A DNA stretch of 32,000 bases from Alphaproteobacteria bacterium (GCA_047635695.1 JBLILN010000006.1:43089-75088), one strand, 5' to 3'; positions 15,876 through 25,326 are shown, numbered from the stretch's first letter. The notes: generated by a model from the sequence alone, not told the origin. Numbers and translations are program-made.

Positions 15876-17288
15876 TTATTTCATAAAAAGTCTTGGTTTA
15901 AATTGACTACGCAATGAAAGGTCACGTCGTGAACAAGCCATTCTACGATTTGTAGAATCAACCTTAGCTTCTGGGCCATTACTTGCCGAAGCAGGCATAG
16001 ACGCCATTGACAACGCTGGTTTCAGGGCTATATCTGTTACATCCATTTCATAAATAATAACAGCTTCACCAAACCGCTCCTTCATAACAACTTCATAATG
16101 TTCAATGCCATCAATCAATCCATGTTCAAGCGCTTTATGTGCTTCAAAGTTTTCACCAGAAAACATATCGTCCTCATCGCCTCTTAAACGTTCCCCACGC
16201 ATCTCTATAACTAAGTCATTAAAAACGCTGTGTGCATAACGCAAACCTTCTTCATATTCAGCAATATCTTCAGGTGAAGTTTCAACATGAGGATCATGCA
16301 GTGTATTACGCTTTTTAGGGCCAGAGGTTAAGGTATGGGTTTGTTCTTCCGCACGTTTACGACCACGCTCTGTTAGTTCCATATAACCAGAAACAACACC
16401 AATACAACCCATTTGAGTTACAGGTGTTGCCGCATAGACAAAGTCACTTGCACAAGCAATCATATACCCAGCAGAAGCGGCACCATTATTACTAAAACTG
16501 TAAGAAGGGATACCGTTATTGTCCGCCTCACGGCGCCATTTTTTAGCTAAATTATAACCTTCTGTTGGTGATCCACCGCCAGAATCAATCAAGTTGATAA
16601 CGGTTACTTTTTTACCAATTATTTTAATGGGCTTACGTTTGCCTAACTGTACAGCATCGTTGATTACTTCAATTTCATCTTTCGTTAGATATTTTTCTAA
16701 CAAACGCGCACCTGTTAACTGAATAAACTCAGCGTCCATCTGCTCCTTATCAAAAACATCTTCGATCAACGTACTATATTTTTCCATATTCAAATAGGGT
16801 GTTGCTGCATGTCTTGTACCAGCAATAGTGCCTGAATATTCAGAACTCACGTCACCACGCATAGGCAAAACTTCCACAATAGGAAATTCAATAGCAGCCA
16901 CATCGGCTAAACCATTAACAGCATAAGCCGTGGCAACATTATAGATAGAAATAACACCGTCATCATCTATCATACTTTGGTAAACCATTTCCTTTTCAAC
17001 GCCAGCTATAGACTTTTGATAATATTCAACACCTTCTTTACAAGAATCAACATTTTCCTGAGCCATTTTAATAACCTCAGCCGGAAAACCCTGCTCTTCA
17101 AAAGATTTTAAAGAAGCTTCACTCGTCGCTAAATCTTCCTGTGTTTCGATCAATAAATCTTGATATTGCTTCAATCCCTGTGCATATTGAACACTAGCAG
17201 AATTTTGCTCAGTTGTTGCTTCTGCAGATTGATCAGGCGTTTCAATTGTAGTTTGTTCTGTGGTTTGCTCTGTAGTTTGTTCAGTCAT
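15876..17288 (-). CDS. S49-family (SppA / phage prohead-protease-like) serine peptidase with a long acidic N-terminal extension
   Basis: 470 aa. S49 core: LIDSGGGSPTEGYNL...NNGAASAGYMIACASDFVYAATPVTQMGCIGVV. No signal peptide or TM segment. The N-terminus is (TEQT)x3 plus about 200 aa of an unrecognised region. GGAGG RBS. Confidence 0.7.
   Translation of the reverse strand: MTEQTTEQTTEQTTIETPDQSAEATTEQNSASVQYAQGLKQYQDLLIETQEDLATSEASLKSFEEQGFPAEVIKMAQENVDSCKEGVEYYQKSIAGVEKEMVYQSMIDDDGVISIYNVATAYAVNGLADVAAIEFPIVEVLPMRGDVSSEYSGTIAGTRHAATPYLNMEKYSTLIEDVFDKEQMDAEFIQLTGARLLEKYLTKDEIEVINDAVQLGKRKPIKIIGKKVTVINLIDSGGGSPTEGYNLAKKWRREADNNGIPSYSFSNNGAASAGYMIACASDFVYAATPVTQMGCIGVVSGYMELTERGRKRAEEQTHTLTSGPKKRNTLHDPHVETSPEDIAEYEEGLRYAHSVFNDLVIEMRGERLRGDEDDMFSGENFEAHKALEHGLIDGIEHYEVVMKERFGEAVIIYEMDVTDIALKPALSMASMPASASNGPEAKVDSTNRRMACSRRDLSLRSQFKPRLFMK
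17247..17282 (-). repeat. 3 x 12-bp tandem repeat encoding (TEQT)3
   Basis: tgtagtttgttc / tgtggtttgctc / tgtagtttgttc on the plus strand, lying in codons 3-14 of the peptidase. Confidence 0.85.
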
Positions 17289-17331
17289 AATGACCTCCCG
17301 CCCTATATGGGCTCAGTGCGCACGAAAATGT

Positions 17332-17370
17332 GCTGTAAAGTTTTAAGCTTAGAATTAAGCTGTAAAGTTT
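17332..17370. promoter_or_regulatory. Direct repeat GCTGTAAAGTTT x2 flanking the palindrome AGCTTA-gaat-TAAGCT, upstream of the S49 peptidase gene
   Basis: Repeat copies are at 17332-17343 and 17359-17370. The inverted repeat is 17346-17351 / 17356-17361. Each repeat reads TTTACA (-35-like) on the minus strand. Confidence 0.35.
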
Positions 17371-17480
17371 GTAAAATACGTACCTAGGGGTAAATAATTT
17401 TTCAAAAGATTAAGTTATTAACAATTAAATAAAGTGTAACCCTTCTATCCATCACATTCAAGGCATTGTATGCACTTTTT

Positions 17481-17807
17481 TTAATCTTCTTTGTTAATAC
17501 CTTTCCAAATTTGCCAAACACCCGCCGCAAACCCTAGAAATATAAAGAGAATTAAGAAAATACCTTTTGTTGAAAAAAATTGGTCTATGTAATAACCAGC
17601 AATGGTAGCGGCACCGATAGAAACCATCAAATTAACGCCCAGCATATAACCCGTCATGCCTTTATTGTCTTGGGCTTCGAGGTCACTGTGCTCTTCTTCC
17701 TTAGTTTTATAGCGTGATTTCATCGCGTCAATTTCACAATCAATGCTATTTGATGCAGGCTCGGCTTTTACCGTGTTCACTTTTTTATTTTTGTCTTCAT
17801 CAGTCAT
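17481..17807 (-). CDS. AtpZ/AtpI-family small membrane protein (ATP synthase gene 1)
   Basis: 108 aa. Charged N-terminus followed by two TM helices, with GVNLMVSIGAATIAGYYIDQFF...LILFIFLGFAAG resembling the AtpI/AtpZ pattern. It lies upstream of the F0 genes. Confidence 0.55.
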   Translation of the reverse strand: MTDEDKNKKVNTVKAEPASNSIDCEIDAMKSRYKTKEEEHSDLEAQDNKGMTGYMLGVNLMVSIGAATIAGYYIDQFFSTKGIFLILFIFLGFAAGVWQIWKGINKED

Positions 17808-17881
17808 GGCTCAAACCCTTTTCTTCATAAAAAAGAGGTGGAATATTAAATTCTCACCCCTTTTATGATGGTTATATTTTA

Positions 17882-18541
17882 TTATTTTGCGGCATTTTCT
17901 TCAATACCTGCGATCATTTCAACTAAAATATCAGTCGTCATAACGCCTGGAACACGCTGACCATTAACGAAAAACGTTGGCGTACCCTTCACTTGCATAG
18001 GGCCTGTCGCTTCGGCATAGCTTTTACGCACAATGTCATTCACTGTTTCATTTTTCATGCAGGTATCTACATCTGCTGGCGCCATACCACCCAAACGGGC
18101 GATTTTTTTGATACTGCCAAGGAAGTCGTCACTGGTTGCCCATGTGTCTCTGGTGCTCATCAATGCGGAAATAAAGTTAAAGTATTCACCAGTAGGCGCA
18201 CAACGTGCCACCATAGACGCGGCAAGGGCTCTATTATCCCAAGGAAGCTCACGGAATACAAAGCGTACTTTACCCGTGTCGATCAATTTTTCTTTAATTT
18301 CATGGTAATGCTTTGTGTGAAAGTCGGCGCAGTGGCCACATGTCATGGATGCATATTCAACCACTTGAATAGGCGCATCTTTTTCACCCTCGTACATGTC
18401 TGTTTCTTTTAATTTTAGAAGTTCAATCACTTCTGCTGGCTCTTGCACCAAATGATCATGGCCGTCAACTGCAACAGCGGGCACAAATGCGCTCAAAGCA
18501 AAAACAAAAGATAGGGCTAAAATATTTTTCATGGGGGTCAT
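17882..18541 (-). CDS. DsbA-family periplasmic thiol:disulfide oxidoreductase
   Basis: 219 aa with a signal peptide and a CGHC active site (SMTCGHCADFH). Its start overlaps the upstream stop as TAATG. Confidence 0.8.
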   Translation of the reverse strand: MTPMKNILALSFVFALSAFVPAVAVDGHDHLVQEPAEVIELLKLKETDMYEGEKDAPIQVVEYASMTCGHCADFHTKHYHEIKEKLIDTGKVRFVFRELPWDNRALAASMVARCAPTGEYFNFISALMSTRDTWATSDDFLGSIKKIARLGGMAPADVDTCMKNETVNDIVRKSYAEATGPMQVKGTPTFFVNGQRVPGVMTTDILVEMIAGIEENAAK

Positions 18542-18981
18542 TACTTTCTTAATTTTTTTTCTGCATAAACCATCGCCGCAAGACGCTGGAAACTTTCTTT
18601 CAATGAAGTGTCTTTAATTGTCTCGCAGCTTTGCTGTGCGTAGGCCAAACTTTCTTCATCTTCTACTAATTGTGGCAATGATGTAGGGTAATTACTATCA
18701 AAGTCACGAATAATGTATTTAATTTCTTTTACTGCATTGTAACCAAAATACTGGTTAATGCGTGCAATAAGGTAAGGCCCTTGCATGCGCAAATTTGTCG
18801 CCGCAGAGCCACTGTTCGTCGCCACCTTAAGAATACCCCTTTTCAAGGACATTGGTCGCATAAAGGGTGCATAGGAAGGGAAAATTTCCACCCATTTTTC
18901 AAGAACAGAAAATTCAGCAAAGCCACGGATTTTGGCCGGCTTCCTTAGAATTTTTTGACTTAAAGATGCTAATGGGCGCAT
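18541..18981 (-). CDS. DUF721 / DciA-like protein
   Basis: 146 aa. W-x-EIFPSYAPFMRPMSLKRGILKVATNSGSAATNLRMQGPYLIARINQYFGYNAVKEIKY fits the DUF721 pattern. It is divergent from mutY, as I recall from other alphaproteobacterial genomes (memory, not verified). Confidence 0.55.
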   Translation of the reverse strand: MRPLASLSQKILRKPAKIRGFAEFSVLEKWVEIFPSYAPFMRPMSLKRGILKVATNSGSAATNLRMQGPYLIARINQYFGYNAVKEIKYIIRDFDSNYPTSLPQLVEDEESLAYAQQSCETIKDTSLKESFQRLAAMVYAEKKLRK

Positions 18982-19035
18982 GTTTTATTTAAATTCCCCT
19001 TGAAATTTTTCAATATTAATTCAATATACACGGCA

Positions 19036-20028
19036 ATGAACAATTTTGCTAGCCACCTTTTAAGCCATTACAAAAAAAACGCACGCGACCTGCCGTGGCG
19101 GCGCTACCCTACACCCTACAATGTATGGCTCAGTGAAATTATGTTACAGCAAACCACCGTTACAACCGTTATTCCCTATTTTGAGAAGTTCACCAATACT
19201 TACAAAACGGTACAAGCTTTAGCCAAGGCCAGCGAAGATGATATTATGCACCTATGGCAGGGCCTTGGCTACTATTCACGCGCCCGTAATTTACATAAAT
19301 GCGCCAAAATAATTGCTGAAAATGGCGGTACATTTCCAAGTGATGAAGCGGCGCTATTAAAGCTACCTGGTGTGGGGCCTTATACGGCTGCCGCCATTAG
19401 CTCCATTGCTTTTAACAAAAAAGCGACGGTGGTTGACGGTAATGTTGAACGTGTGATGAGCCGTTTACAACGTACAGAAACAGCCCTGCCTAAAGCCAAA
19501 GCTGAACTTGGTGACAAAGCACGCACGCTTACCCCCAACAAAGAAAACAACCTTTACAGCAATGCCATTATGGAATTGGGTGCCCTTATTTGTACCCCAA
19601 GGAAACCAAAATGCGCCACCTGCCCTGTGACAAAATTTTGCGATTCTTACGGTAAAGACGACATTGAAAGTTACCCTAGAAAAGAACCTAAAAAAGCCAA
19701 AAAGGTAGACCATGGCACTGTTTATATTATCCGTGACCGTGCAGGGTTATATTACCTGCAAAAACGCCCAGGCAAAGGCTTGCTCGCCAGTTTATGGGAA
19801 TTTCCTTCAACGTCTTGGGCTGGCGAAAGCACACATTTACCCAATTTCATGGAAACAATAAAAGAAGATGCAGAGCATATGGGGCAAATAAGGCATATTT
19901 TTACCCACATTGACCTGACGTTCGATGTCATGCTGACAGAAGTAGATAAATTAGAAAACGGTTTTAACATTGACAATTTACCGCCATTACCAACATTAAT
20001 GAAAAAAGCGTTGAAGCTAGCTTGTTAA
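19036..20028 (+). CDS. mutY: A/G-specific adenine DNA glycosylase MutY
   Basis: HhH-GPD region (LPGVGPYTAAAISSIAF), a 4Fe-4S loop C-x6-C-x2-C-x5-C (CTPRKPKCATCPVTKFC), and a NUDIX-like C-terminal domain. I prefer the ATG at 19036 over the TTG at 19000. Confidence 0.9.
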   Translation: MNNFASHLLSHYKKNARDLPWRRYPTPYNVWLSEIMLQQTTVTTVIPYFEKFTNTYKTVQALAKASEDDIMHLWQGLGYYSRARNLHKCAKIIAENGGTFPSDEAALLKLPGVGPYTAAAISSIAFNKKATVVDGNVERVMSRLQRTETALPKAKAELGDKARTLTPNKENNLYSNAIMELGALICTPRKPKCATCPVTKFCDSYGKDDIESYPRKEPKKAKKVDHGTVYIIRDRAGLYYLQKRPGKGLLASLWEFPSTSWAGESTHLPNFMETIKEDAEHMGQIRHIFTHIDLTFDVMLTEVDKLENGFNIDNLPPLPTLMKKALKLAC

Positions 20029-21137
20029 AGTTCTTTCAAGTTTTGGCAAATAGTATCGGCTGTTTTTTGCCAACTATATTCACTGGAGATATCAAAACCA
20101 TTTTTAATAAGAGCCTTGCGATGTTTATTGTCATCTAAAACATGGAGCATGCCTTGCGCAAAAAGGCGAACTTGCGATTTAGAGCATGTCGTTAAAGCCA
20201 CATATTCAGCACCACCCTCTCTAGCCACTTCATGCTGGAATGGGTAATCTCTCACCACTGAAGCTGTGCCGAGCATCATCGCCTCAAGCAGCGTTAGGCT
20301 GAAGGTTTCAGCGTCAGAAGGACTGACATAAACCTCAGATTCTGCAAGAATTTTTTTAACGGCATCATGGGCAACAAAACCCTTTAATTCTACAGATTTT
20401 TCTAACTTTAAAAGGTCTATCAAGTATTTAACTTGCTCATAAACGTCTTTGTACACCTCACGGCCAATAATAATCAGCTTGGCATCAGGCCTTTTTTGCA
20501 CCACTTCTGCAAAGGCCTTCACAAGAACGTCGTAGTTTTTTTGTGAGTAAAAGTCACCAATAGCGACAATTTGACCCTTTTTCTTAATAATTTTTTTATC
20601 GGCTACAAGGTCACAAGCTGTGGTGGCTTTCACCATTTTCTTTTGCAAAAAACACCAAATGCCACTGGCATAAACTTTTTTAATATAGTCACCGTTTGAA
20701 AAGGACCTTGGGGAAACCAGTAAGCTTAAACGTGTCATCCATATAAGCACAAGCCAATAAACCTTCATTGAAAAATGCTTTGTGTAATGGCGTACTTCAG
20801 GGTTGTTGGTGACATAAACAACGGGCTTCGGTGCCATTATAGGGCAAAAATTAGCCATATTGAAGGTTATTTCGCCCCCTAAAACACGCACAAGAGACGG
20901 TAGTTTGAATTGTTCCCAAAGAACGGTCTTAAAAAACCCACCTTCAAAGTCAACCACTTCTAGTTTGATATTTTTGGGGACGCTTAACCTTGCCGCATAT
21001 TTTTCATGTGCAATAATTGTAAATTTTAAGGCTTTATCTTTTGAAATGAGTGGCAATAGGTGGTTTAAAAAAATAAGACCGCCACCAGTTTTAGCATGCA
21101 ATGCATTTATAACGATGTGTTTTTGAGTGTCAGCCAT
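20025..21137 (-). CDS. GT1/GT4-type glycosyltransferase
   Basis: 370 aa. C-terminal GT-B segment: ESEVYVSPSDAETFSLTLLEAMMLGTASVV (E-x7-E-like). Its start abuts the rnhB stop. Confidence 0.7.
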   Translation of the reverse strand: MADTQKHIVINALHAKTGGGLIFLNHLLPLISKDKALKFTIIAHEKYAARLSVPKNIKLEVVDFEGGFFKTVLWEQFKLPSLVRVLGGEITFNMANFCPIMAPKPVVYVTNNPEVRHYTKHFSMKVYWLVLIWMTRLSLLVSPRSFSNGDYIKKVYASGIWCFLQKKMVKATTACDLVADKKIIKKKGQIVAIGDFYSQKNYDVLVKAFAEVVQKRPDAKLIIIGREVYKDVYEQVKYLIDLLKLEKSVELKGFVAHDAVKKILAESEVYVSPSDAETFSLTLLEAMMLGTASVVRDYPFQHEVAREGGAEYVALTTCSKSQVRLFAQGMLHVLDDNKHRKALIKNGFDISSEYSWQKTADTICQNLKEL

Positions 21138-21761
21138 CTAAGCCTCCAACAACATTTTAATAGGCTTGAAAGAGCGGCGGTGATGCACTGTCACCCCATG
21201 TGTAGCCAAACCTTCTTGATGCGCCTTCGTGCCGTAACCTGCGTTACGTTCCCAAGCATAATGTGGGTGCGTCTTGGCAAGATCAGCCATCATTTTATCA
21301 CGGTAGACTTTAGCAACTATGGAAGCGCAGGCGATAGACAATATTTTACTATCCCCCTTCACCACTGTTTCAGCTTCGGCAGTGTTTGGTAAGTTTTTTG
21401 GCAGTGCGTTGCCGTCAACATAAATATAATCGACAGGTAAGTTTAAACCTGCCACCGCACGTTCCATCGCCAAAAAGGTGGCTTCGCGTATATTAAGTTT
21501 ATCTACCTCTTCAACAGAACATTCTGCAATGGAACATTTAGCGTCACGCCATATAATTTCAGCCAAAGCGTCACGTTTTTTGGCCGATAATTTTTTACTA
21601 TCGGTAGCACCGAGAGGAATTTTAGCAGGGTCAATCCAAACAGCGGCCGCCACAACAGGCCCCGCCCATGGGCCACGACCCACTTCATCAACACCAACAA
21701 TACATGCCTTACCTTGCGCTAGCATGTTTTGTTCTGCTGAAAAGTCGGGCGTAGTATTCAT
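21138..21761 (-). CDS. rnhB: Ribonuclease HII
   Basis: 207 aa with GVDEVGRGPWAGPVVAAAV and DSKKLS motifs. Confidence 0.92.
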   Translation of the reverse strand: MNTTPDFSAEQNMLAQGKACIVGVDEVGRGPWAGPVVAAAVWIDPAKIPLGATDSKKLSAKKRDALAEIIWRDAKCSIAECSVEEVDKLNIREATFLAMERAVAGLNLPVDYIYVDGNALPKNLPNTAEAETVVKGDSKILSIACASIVAKVYRDKMMADLAKTHPHYAWERNAGYGTKAHQEGLATHGVTVHHRRSFKPIKMLLEA

Positions 21762-21837
21762 TTTTTTCTCATTCTTATTACATCATGAATTTTATTGTGA
21801 AGCATATTTAAAGTGCCAATAAACGCCTTTAAAAAAC

Positions 21838-23709
21838 TTATTTAGAGGAGATAGCGTTGCGATAACCCTTATAAACTGGCCAGTCATTTTGCGCCAAGAC
21901 ACCAAGGCCTTCATTCTCTTCACGGTAACGGTCTTTATACATCCAAAGGTTGCCAAGGACGTGCTGTACGTAGGTTCTTGTTTCTTTGAAAGGGATGCTT
22001 TCAATGAATTCTAACGGGTCTTTATTGCCAATGCTTTTGGCGATCCATTTTCTAATATTACCAGGGCCTGCATTATAAGCAGAAATAACATGAATAACGT
22101 TACCGTCCATCTGTCCCATGAGGTATGACAAGTAGTCCTGCCCCAATGACATATTGATGTTGGGGTTTAAAAGAGCATGGCGTGAATAAACAGGCCTATT
22201 GTGTTTACGTCGAATGTATTTGGCGGTGTTGGGCATTAACTGCATTAAGCCCCTTGCACCCGCATGTGATTTTACACTTGGGTTAAAGGCACTTTCTTGA
22301 CGCATAACCGCATGCATCAACGAACGGTCAACGGTATAGCCACCACGTGGTTTCCATGCAGCAGGTTCAGGGTAAAGCCCTGACTGGAAGACGATTTGAC
22401 GTTCTTTTAAATTACGTGCAAGTGACATTTGAATATTTGGCAACTTTAACTGCATTGCCAATGCCAGCAAGCTTTCGTCCATGTCGTAAGGCACACGCTC
22501 ATGAATGAGCTTCAGTTCTTTTTGTGCTAAACCATGTTCGCCAATTTGTGAAAGTGCTATAACGCGGCGCACTAAAGGATCATTAAAGAGGAATTGTTTA
22601 TCTTGCTTGCGCACAGAAGGTTCAGACCAAGTCCATAAGCGGTCACGGCCTAGGCGTTCTGCGGCTACTTGTGCGTAAAAAGAATTGCTGTCTTGCGTTG
22701 CCAAGTTTAAGAAGACACGTGACATAGATTCTCTGCCTGCCGCTTCATATGACTTAGATGCCCAAAAGGCTGCTTTCGAAAAGTATTTACTGTTGCGTGG
22801 TACGCCATAGGCTAAACGCCTAAAGAGAGAGGCAGAGGATTCATATTTACCCACTTTGTAGCCAGAGAAACCAGCCATCCACAAGGCTTCATTACGACGG
22901 AAATCTGTACGATTTAAAACCAGGCGCGCCAAGCGTTCCGAACGTTTATAGTCGCCATAATTAAAGACAGAGCGTGCCAGTTTAAGTGTTACCTGCGCCC
23001 ATGTGTCGTCACCCAGTAATGACCTATTTTCACGCTTGGATAAAACAACAATAGCCTTAGAATAATACTGCTTTATGCGGTATGACTTAAGCTTACGCAA
23101 CAAGGCTGAACGCTTGCGGCTTTTTTTAACTTCTGGTTTGGTGCTTTCGTCGGGGTCGCTATACTTCGCTACAGAAGCCTTACTATACTTTGGCTTCTGC
23201 GGGCTATATTTTTCACTGCGTGGCTGGCGGCTTTTTGCCAAAGCATACACTTGAGGTGCCATGCTATGATCGTTATAGCGGCTCATCCATTTTTTCAAAT
23301 CAACATATTTAGCATGTGTGTTGGGGTGTAATAGACGTTCGGCAATTAAGTGCCCCATAAGTTCTCTATTTTGAAGTTTGGGTACAAGGGAAGCCACTTG
23401 AGAGCGTTGATTTTGCCTTTGTAAGCGGAACATTTTTTTATACAAAAGCACATCATTTGAAGAAAGGACGGCAGGAATATCTTTGCCGACATAACCCAAA
23501 CGAATAAGTTTTTGTGGTTTTTTAATTTTTTTAGCTTGTGGACGCTGTACCGTTTGTATAGATTTTTTTGGTAAGCGCTGTAGTTTTTCATATTGTTTTT
23601 TAATTTCAGCATTTTTTTCGACACTGGCAATAACGCGTCCTGTTTCAGCATATGTGTTTTGAGACACAATCAATGATAAAGCCAGAAGAATAGCAGAGAT
23701 AAAACGCAT
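21838..23709 (-). CDS. Soluble lytic murein transglycosylase (Slt70-like)
   Basis: 623 aa. Signal peptide, then a helical-repeat N-terminal part. The C-terminal SLT domain has MRQESAFNP, GLMQLMP and AYNAGPG. Confidence 0.85.
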   Translation of the reverse strand: MRFISAILLALSLIVSQNTYAETGRVIASVEKNAEIKKQYEKLQRLPKKSIQTVQRPQAKKIKKPQKLIRLGYVGKDIPAVLSSNDVLLYKKMFRLQRQNQRSQVASLVPKLQNRELMGHLIAERLLHPNTHAKYVDLKKWMSRYNDHSMAPQVYALAKSRQPRSEKYSPQKPKYSKASVAKYSDPDESTKPEVKKSRKRSALLRKLKSYRIKQYYSKAIVVLSKRENRSLLGDDTWAQVTLKLARSVFNYGDYKRSERLARLVLNRTDFRRNEALWMAGFSGYKVGKYESSASLFRRLAYGVPRNSKYFSKAAFWASKSYEAAGRESMSRVFLNLATQDSNSFYAQVAAERLGRDRLWTWSEPSVRKQDKQFLFNDPLVRRVIALSQIGEHGLAQKELKLIHERVPYDMDESLLALAMQLKLPNIQMSLARNLKERQIVFQSGLYPEPAAWKPRGGYTVDRSLMHAVMRQESAFNPSVKSHAGARGLMQLMPNTAKYIRRKHNRPVYSRHALLNPNINMSLGQDYLSYLMGQMDGNVIHVISAYNAGPGNIRKWIAKSIGNKDPLEFIESIPFKETRTYVQHVLGNLWMYKDRYREENEGLGVLAQNDWPVYKGYRNAISSK

Positions 23710-23710
23710 T

Positions 23711-24418
23711 TTATTTCGCCTCCATCATAGACTGAAATTTTAACAGGTCTTGCCAAGCTATCTTTTTAAGCAGCGGCTGCGTCAATAAACCTTCTGGGTG
23801 CATAATCACACCACAAGTTTTACCAGCAAAAGTGTTTTCTTTTTGTCTTGTTTTTAGAATACCTTCAGAAAAAGCCAATTGCGTCGCTTCTTCTCCAATA
23901 AAGAGCGACCTTGCGCCCTCACCTCTATTTTCAAGAGATTCTAAGGCCAACACTTTCTCTGTTTTAGAAAATTTATCGGCGCCTGTTAAAACAAGATAAA
24001 GCACGTCTTCTTCTTGAATATCAATAGCTGCCAACATTTTAATAAACAATATCTTTGCTTGCTCTGACAGAGGGTGAACCCCTTTATCAAGCGTGGAAGA
24101 TAAAATAACCTGTATAGCGGCCTTCTTGTCGCCAAAGCTCCATAAGAGTGCGTCAACAGACCTCGCTTTAACGCTTTGAGACACTTCAATTTTTGCCATA
24201 CTGTCTTTTTGTGGCGTGATCGATGTAATTGTGGCTTCTACGGATGTCGCCTTTTGTGGTGTTGTTTGTTGCGCTGGTATTTGAACCGCTGGCATACCTT
24301 TAAAAGGGTTTTCAATTTTATCATTTGCAAAGTCGAAAGATGTATCAGAGACAACGTCCGTCACACCCGCAAGGTGCATATCACTTATAAGAACCTGTAA
24401 TGGGTTGCGATGATGCAT
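23711..24418 (-). CDS. Uracil-DNA-glycosylase family-4-like protein lacking the catalytic motif
   Basis: 235 aa. The N-terminus (LISDMHLAGVTDVVSD) and C-terminus (VIMHPEGLLTQPLLKKIAWQDLLKF) follow the long alphaproteobacterial UDG4 pattern as I recall it. The GEAPG..ED position reads LSSTLDKG, and the usual Fe-S cysteines are absent. Confidence 0.35.
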   Translation of the reverse strand: MHHRNPLQVLISDMHLAGVTDVVSDTSFDFANDKIENPFKGMPAVQIPAQQTTPQKATSVEATITSITPQKDSMAKIEVSQSVKARSVDALLWSFGDKKAAIQVILSSTLDKGVHPLSEQAKILFIKMLAAIDIQEEDVLYLVLTGADKFSKTEKVLALESLENRGEGARSLFIGEEATQLAFSEGILKTRQKENTFAGKTCGVIMHPEGLLTQPLLKKIAWQDLLKFQSMMEAK

Positions 24419-24433
24419 TTAAAATTATTTCCC

Positions 24434-25072
24434 CTAATTTAATGTTGACGCAAAGGATGGCATTGCCGACTCCATTGAAGTGACGAATCTTAACATGTCT
24501 AGTTCCAAACGCAAGCAAGATAATATAAAAACGAAGCGCTCGCGTGCTGATAATATCTCGAGTCCTTCTTGACGTTTTTCAGGTGCCAAGGCAATGCTAT
24601 TTAATAACCGTAGAGAATCTGTCGCTTTAAGATTTGTTAGGCATATTTCTGGCATCATTTGCACGTCAAAATTATGCAGTGCATTCATGTATTGTTGGTA
24701 GATTTCAAAAACAGAATCAAGCAATGGGTCTGCGTCCGTAATGTCTTGGGTGTCAAAAACATATTGAACGTCGGCAGCGTAATGAATATTGAGTTTAGGT
24801 AGCGTTTCAGAAAAAGCAAAGCGATGTAGACCCATAAGTTCTACTTCCATTGTACCGTCTATCATTGTTTCACATTTAACGATACTGGCTTTACAGCCCA
24901 TACGCCCCAATGAAGCGGCCTCATTTGTATAATCCGAACAAAAAACAACTGCGAGTTCGCCGTCATGCTCTGTACACCTTTTTATGAGCGCTTGGTAGCG
25001 TTCATCTTCTAAGTGTACAGTGAGTGGCATATCGGGCACTAACACTGTTTTTAACGGCAAGATAGGTAACAC
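24434..25072 (-). CDS. LON N-terminal (substrate-binding) domain protein
   Basis: 212 aa. LPILPLKTVLVPDMPLTVHLEDERYQALIKRC is typical of stand-alone Lon N-domain proteins. Confidence 0.7.
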   Translation of the reverse strand: MLPILPLKTVLVPDMPLTVHLEDERYQALIKRCTEHDGELAVVFCSDYTNEAASLGRMGCKASIVKCETMIDGTMEVELMGLHRFAFSETLPKLNIHYAADVQYVFDTQDITDADPLLDSVFEIYQQYMNALHNFDVQMMPEICLTNLKATDSLRLLNSIALAPEKRQEGLEILSARERFVFILSCLRLELDMLRFVTSMESAMPSFASTLN

Positions 25073-25285
25073 TATGCATTTCCTTATCGTTATTCACCTG
25101 TTTAACTACCTACATTTATAACACACAATACAAATATTCACCAAACGCACACATATTCTATTGCACACAACCTTGTTTTTAAGCACCTTATTTGTGACAA
25201 AAAAGCATGGGCATTACTTACATAAACGCATATCAGAGTATGCGTTTAGTGAATATTTACAATTGGTTGCCCTCCCTTGAGACAG

Positions 25286-25311
25286 CAAAAAGCCGTAGGG
25301 TTACCCCTACG
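25286..25311 (-). terminator. Intrinsic terminator after the 25327 gene
   Basis: The minus strand reads CGTAGGGgtaaCCCTACG followed by GCTTTTTG. Confidence 0.7.
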
Positions 25312-25326
25312 ACTTTCATTCGTTAT

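Noticed and set aside
21802-21818. Minus-strand TGGCAC-N7-ATGC upstream of rnhB
   Set aside because: The GG-to-GC spacing is two nucleotides too long for a sigma-54 promoter.
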